A stretch of 64,000 nucleotides of DNA from Orbicella franksi (Eukaryota), in the NCBI GenBank assembly GCA_964199315.1, contig OZ116709.1, positions 7,750,001-7,814,000 of the forward strand, in the 5' to 3' direction. Positions 60,901-64,000 of the stretch are shown one piece after another. Each line of letters begins with the position of its first letter. The stretch's first letter is position 1. Both the position numbers and the translations under genes were made by a program. The notes under the pieces are model-generated. The model had not been told where the DNA came from. It made no database searches and saw only the letters and a list, made by a program, of their open reading frames with translations.

Positions 60901-63900
60901 TTTCAGGGGAGTATCCTTTCTTGTTATTGAATTTGGAAGTATGACCTTAAGTACCTGTTAAAAGTCAGGAGTGAATCTACGACTAAATGTTTCAGGTTTA
61001 AAACTGGTCCACTGGAAGTTCTTGAGAAAACAAAGACGCCCTTATATTTGTGCTTAGCTTTTAAATTTCCATCACAATCTGAAATTTTCACTCACCGGTC
61101 GATATCTTCTTCAGGAATCCTCCAGAACGCCTGTAGCGAAACAGAAATGCCTAATGAATGAACTGAATAAATTCACAGTTACTTAAGGTGGCTCAAAACA
61201 GTTTCCAGCCCTTAGATTTTGATGGGTCGTTATAACCACTCTTTATCACTTGATGCTACAATCATGGTATCGAAAAACTGCCCAATCACTGGTGAACACG
61301 TTGTTATCATTTCGTGACGCAATAGGTTACCATAGCAACAGTATGACCTCCTAAAAAACACCCTTAATTACAACTTTAGGGGCTTATAATTCAAAAACGG
61401 CACGGTGATTTTTTTATATTATCAACTTTTGATAAGCATAATAAGACGCAAATTTTGGCAAAGTTAAAAAAATTCTGTAGGTAGGGTTCAGNNNNNNNNN
61501 NNNNNNNNNNNNNNNNNNNNNNNNNNNNNNNNNNNNNNNNNNNNNNNNNNNNNNNNNNNNNNNNNNNNNNNNNNNNNNNNNNNNNNNNNNNNNNNNNNNN
61601 NNNNNNNNNNNNNNNNNNNNNNNNNNNNNNNNNNNNNNAATTTTCGAAAATTTAAGGACCAAAACTAGCGAAATTAACTGGGTGGAAACTCCCAGGACTC
61701 GGATTTACATTGACGGTTCCAAAGAAAGCTCAGAAAAATTTTGAGACTTCAACTGGATTCGAACTCATGGCCTTTGTGAATTCCCATGCAATTGCTGTGC
61801 TAGCTTAACTATACATGACATTCAGAAAGGTCCAGACAGCAGCAGACAAGTTATCAGTCCTAAAGTGTGGTTCACACATAGCGACATAACGACATAATCG
61901 CTCATGTAGGAAATGTGAACATCGACTTCAAGACACAAGAAAAAGATCAGTTTTTTCCTTATGTTGTTATGTTCATGCTGTTATGTTGCTATTATGTCAT
62001 TATGTCAGGATGTTCACACTGCAAACATAGCGACCTAACGTTCTTCTTATGTCGTTACGTCGCCAGTGTCAACTAGGCTTAAGAAAAAGAAAAAAATCTA
62101 GGCTCAAGAAAAACGACAACAGTTTTGATTTCCACAGATCTTCTACTGTCTTCAGTTCTAAATCGTAGAAAACAAAGCTGAATTCAAAATAAGTATGATT
62201 GAGAACTGAATTTGACAAAATCGGTCGAAACATGTCTTCTAAACTCAAAACTGTTGCGAATGTTTTTCTTTAACTTAAATTGCATTCAGTCTTGTTTGGA
62301 AAGTTGATTACTTCAGCAGAGATTGTTTGGAACCACGAAAAAAATTCCTTTAGAAAGTTTCTAGCCGCTTCCTTTCTCCTTTTTTCGCTCCGCCGCTTTT
62401 TTCGTGCCGTGTCCCAATTAACTGGGCGCCTGGAAGAGGCTTGAAAATTTATTTCTACATTTAACTTGTTAAGTTTAAAAAGTTCTTACTTCATATTTTA
62501 AAACACAGGGACACTGGTCCTCAAAGAACCCTTTCAGTCCCAAGCTCAAAATGCTATCACTTAGCTGATGATTTTCTTTATTCTCGTCACCTGCCTGCTT
62601 GATAATGTATTGGTATTGTAATGAGAAATTCTGATCAGTCCTGGGATTTAAAGGGTTGACTAAGAGTATCAGTAGTCTCCGGTCTAACTTGAGTCTTCGG
62701 CCCAAATGACAAAGCCACCAAGGGACGGAGGCGTAGCAGTTTTCTAAAGCTTTTAATTCTGTCGTGCTAGTGTAACAGGGCTAGGGGCATTGTTTCTGTT
62801 GTTTGTTCTATTGTTCTCTCTAAGGGTATCGAGCCATTCATGTGAGACCTTGCAAGAACTGCTACCCAACCCCGAAGGGAAACCAACCATTGTACAACAG
62901 CAGTTTTGGGGGCAATTTGAGAGCTCAACACACTGCTTACCGAGAACAGGTTTGTCTTGCTTTTCTCGTTAAAAACTCCGTGATGTGGAAAGGGAAATGT
63001 CTTGAACTGTCTTGTGTTGCTACCCAAGAGTAGATCACGGCACGCGCTAGTCTCCTGAAAGATAAGAAAACAGGTGCTTTGACAAATGCAATTATTTTGT
63101 TTTTACGACCGTTTGGAATTATTTTGTTATTTTACAGCAGAAAAAAGACCGCGCGTTCTTGTACTTTATTTACCCACGTAGAGCTGAAGAGTAATCAATA
63201 GGCTTGTTTAGATAGGCAATTACATCGATCAAATTCCTACCCAACTTGTGAACGAGTGTCAACGGGGCAGACCACCATACTTAGGATTTTCGTGCCCAGC
63301 CCTTTACGAACGGCGTTGTTCGATATGAGGTTAAGCACGAGCCGGAATAGGAGACAGGGCCAACGGCTTAACGACTTAATGTCAACGCCCAGTGACGCGA
63401 TCAAATAAACCAAGTTATGGTGGTATGTACTGAAAGCATGATCTTACCAGTTTTTCTAAGACCCTGGTTTTTGGTGTGGTAGAGAAATTCGTTTTTGGAG
63501 CAACAGTTAATGTACCCCAAAGGATAGTCTAACCTGTGGTACTGGGGAAGTTAATCTAATGTAACGTCACACAAAGATGGTTTCGTTACCTTATGTTCAG
63601 GAGAGTAATAGTAAACATACGCCAGACGATAGCGTGACTTGTGATGCTGAGGGAACCGCCGCAGACAGTACTCGAGAGCATGATTACAGCGATCCATGAG
63701 CTCTTTCTTCTTGGCCTGTTGCTCCGCCGTTAATGGGGCCCGCTTGCTCTCCACTACTTTACCGCCCTGTGTTGCGTCTACCACGGTGTTAGGGGAAGAT
63801 GTCACAGGATCACTTAAAGTCGTCGGTGAAACAACCTTCGACGCTTCAACCATATCAACGTCTTCATCAGCGTCCATTTTTTCTGGCTTGGTGTCATTCT

Positions 63901-64000
63901 CAAGATTTTCATTCGCTGCACTAATTTTCTCTGTTTCAATATTAGTATCTTCCACGTTTGCCGAGGACTTGGTCCCTTCTTCTTCCTTCTCTTGAGCTGA
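39975..64000 (-). CDS. CABIN1: Calcineurin-binding protein cabin-1, 3' ten exons: 64000-63590 (open to edge), 63054-62941, 61130-61096, 45356-45228, 44558-44516, 44081-44025, 42920-42837, 42332-42282, 41413-41309, 40541-39975
   Basis: Spliced peptide CLRRFPQHHKSRYRLAY..., DLLLGS...FNEKSKTNLFS, AFWRIPEEDIDR, PGCFCTHTYKSVALLLEVL...YRTPEQGK, KYLRDNER, VDMYECWKTGQK, LDQALKYCQQH. This follows my recollection of human CABIN1 (CLSRFPQHYKSLYRLA, GIWRIPVDEIDRPGSF, RTPDQGKKYLRD, LDAYRVWQQGQK, LEQAVKFCQVH). All phases are compatible. Confidence 0.92.
45421..45460. repeat. (TAAAA)n microsatellite
   Basis: About 7-8 perfect units. Confidence 0.9.
45604..45774. mobile_element. Palindromic MITE of about 170 bp (second copy 56136-56308)
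   Basis: ccacattcgtattctcggtattggactggaactagc ... gctagttccagtccaa...gaatacgaatatggcctat. The two copies are nearly identical. Confidence 0.75.
46697..47815 (+). pseudogene. BTB-BACK-PHR (BTBD1/2/3/6 family) pseudogene, copy 1
   Basis: Homologous to copies 3 and 4. About 13-bp deletion near 46760, large deletion in BACK near 47010-47070, further frameshifts and a premature TAG near 47783. Confidence 0.85.
50604..51949 (+). pseudogene. BTB-BACK-PHR copy 2, frameshifted
   Basis: Intact BTB-BACK up to a +2 frameshift near 51245 (caagttttttggcggcc vs caaggtttagcggcc), plus a GGA>TGA nonsense codon at 51668-51670. Confidence 0.85.
52946..53240. mobile_element. Fold-back repeat inserted upstream of BTB copy 3
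   Basis: Internal inverted repeat gtgtattacactgtgataaaacac / gtgttttatcacagtgtaatacac. Absent at the equivalent position near 57275. Confidence 0.6.
54192..55535 (+). CDS. BTB-BACK-PHR protein (BTBD6-like Cullin-3 adaptor), copy 3, intronless, 447 aa
   Basis: FTDVKFVV, ISAHKLVLSISSPVFEAMFYG, IELPD, LFRYMYSD, YMVPSLADKC, IRFPKM; PHR region FSVDKD..LRGVCLFG, GQFPE. Confidence 0.93.
   Translation: MSVVEKHWQTTRATIRERSKFMFDNDLFTDVKFVVPKANGESESKQVISAHKLVLSISSPVFEAMFYGELAETGDSIELPDCEYESLLELFRYMYSDEVNLRGSNVMGVLYLTKKYMVPSLADKCTAYLDDNLNPSNVFTILASAQKYEEKNLVDECWKVIDKQTEEAVKSDGFATIERSLLEAVVIRGTLMIEEIELFKAVDLWAAKQCDKQGLAADGATKRRILGEEVIKGIRFPKMKEEDFGSVVLDSEILRKKEIVSLVKCLHSASKIPVGFPETKRSGLGGDIQRCCRFGSLSTGLVSQYDGLRKDVISFSVDKDTELRGVCLFGSKNNTYRVDLKIENTKEETPVVSKTGNFVSKLIECEKYSYHGFEVLFDQKVILAKNTKYWLYAEISGPDSLCGGDGVSSVKCGDVTITFLEPRYLFSSFSYDQSDVQAGQFPEFLIA
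58229..59569 (+). CDS. BTB-BACK-PHR protein (BTBD6-like), copy 4, intronless, 446 aa
   Basis: Same motifs as copy 3, uninterrupted ORF. Confidence 0.93.
   Translation: MSVVEKHWQTTRATIRERSKFMFDNDLFTDVKFVVPKANGESESKQVISAHKLVLSISSPVFEAMFYGELKETRDSIELPDCEYDSLLELFRYMYSDEVNLSGSNVMAVLYLAKKYMVPSLADKCTEYLEDNLDSSSVFSILPSAQKYEEKNLVDECWKVIDKETEEAVKSDGFATIERSLLEAVVVRNTLMIEEIELFKAVDLWATKQCEKQGLAADGATKRRILGEEVIKGIRFPTMKHEDFATVVLDSEILRKKEIVSLVKYIHSASKIPVGFPETKRSGFGGDIQRCCRFGSLSTGLVSQYDSRRGDAISFSVDKDTELRGVCLFGSENNTYQVELEIMNTMNRTCLVSKTGNFASKLIQSEKYSYHGFEVMLDEKVLLAKNTMYWLCAYISGPDSLCGGGGVSSVKCGEVFLAFFESTYISVYHDNKSNVQVGQFPEFLIA
59768..60021. mobile_element. PIF/Harbinger-type (Tourist-like) MITE
   Basis: TIRs GGGTGCGTTTC / GAAACGCACCC with TTA TSD. 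Empty site after copy 3 (gtggcttagtgattg, about 55770). Confidence 0.85.
61492..61638. other. Assembly gap (147 N) inside a CABIN1 intron
   Basis: Run of N. Confidence 0.99.
62770..62880. repeat. About 120-bp dispersed repeat, also at about 21190-21310 and 41110-41230
   Basis: Shared core ttctattgttctc..aag.gta.cga.cca.tcatgtgagacctt.c.aga.ctgctac. Confidence 0.7.

Noticed and set aside
61414-61662. 82-aa ORF across the N run
   Set aside because: Assembly-gap artefact.

Overview
AT-rich eukaryotic genomic DNA, most likely a stony coral or other anthozoan (inferred from gene and repeat content). The short six-frame ORFs resolve into spliced genes. (1) Two tandem 5-exon 2'-5' oligoadenylate synthetase (OAS) genes on + (9533-17867 and 29341-37140). 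In both, a first coding exon encoding two zinc fingers is splice-compatible with an intact OAS nucleotidyltransferase. This ZnF-OAS architecture, with a kappaB-like promoter site, is the main candidate novelty. (2) The 3' ten exons of CABIN1 on - (64000 to 39975), plus a second, splice-intact copy of its last six exons (24620-20057) carried in the OAS duplication. A hAT transposon without a target-site duplication sits at the duplication breakpoint. (3) Four tandem intronless BTB-BACK-PHR genes (two intact, two disabled) nested antisense in a 15.7-kb CABIN1 intron. (4) A near full-length DIRS1-type retrotransposon 164 bp upstream of OAS-A, an unclassified TIR element with NHL-repeat cargo in an OAS-B intron, and many MITE, LINE and SINE relics. 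No database searches were run. Family assignments come from recognised motifs, and novelty claims remain untested.
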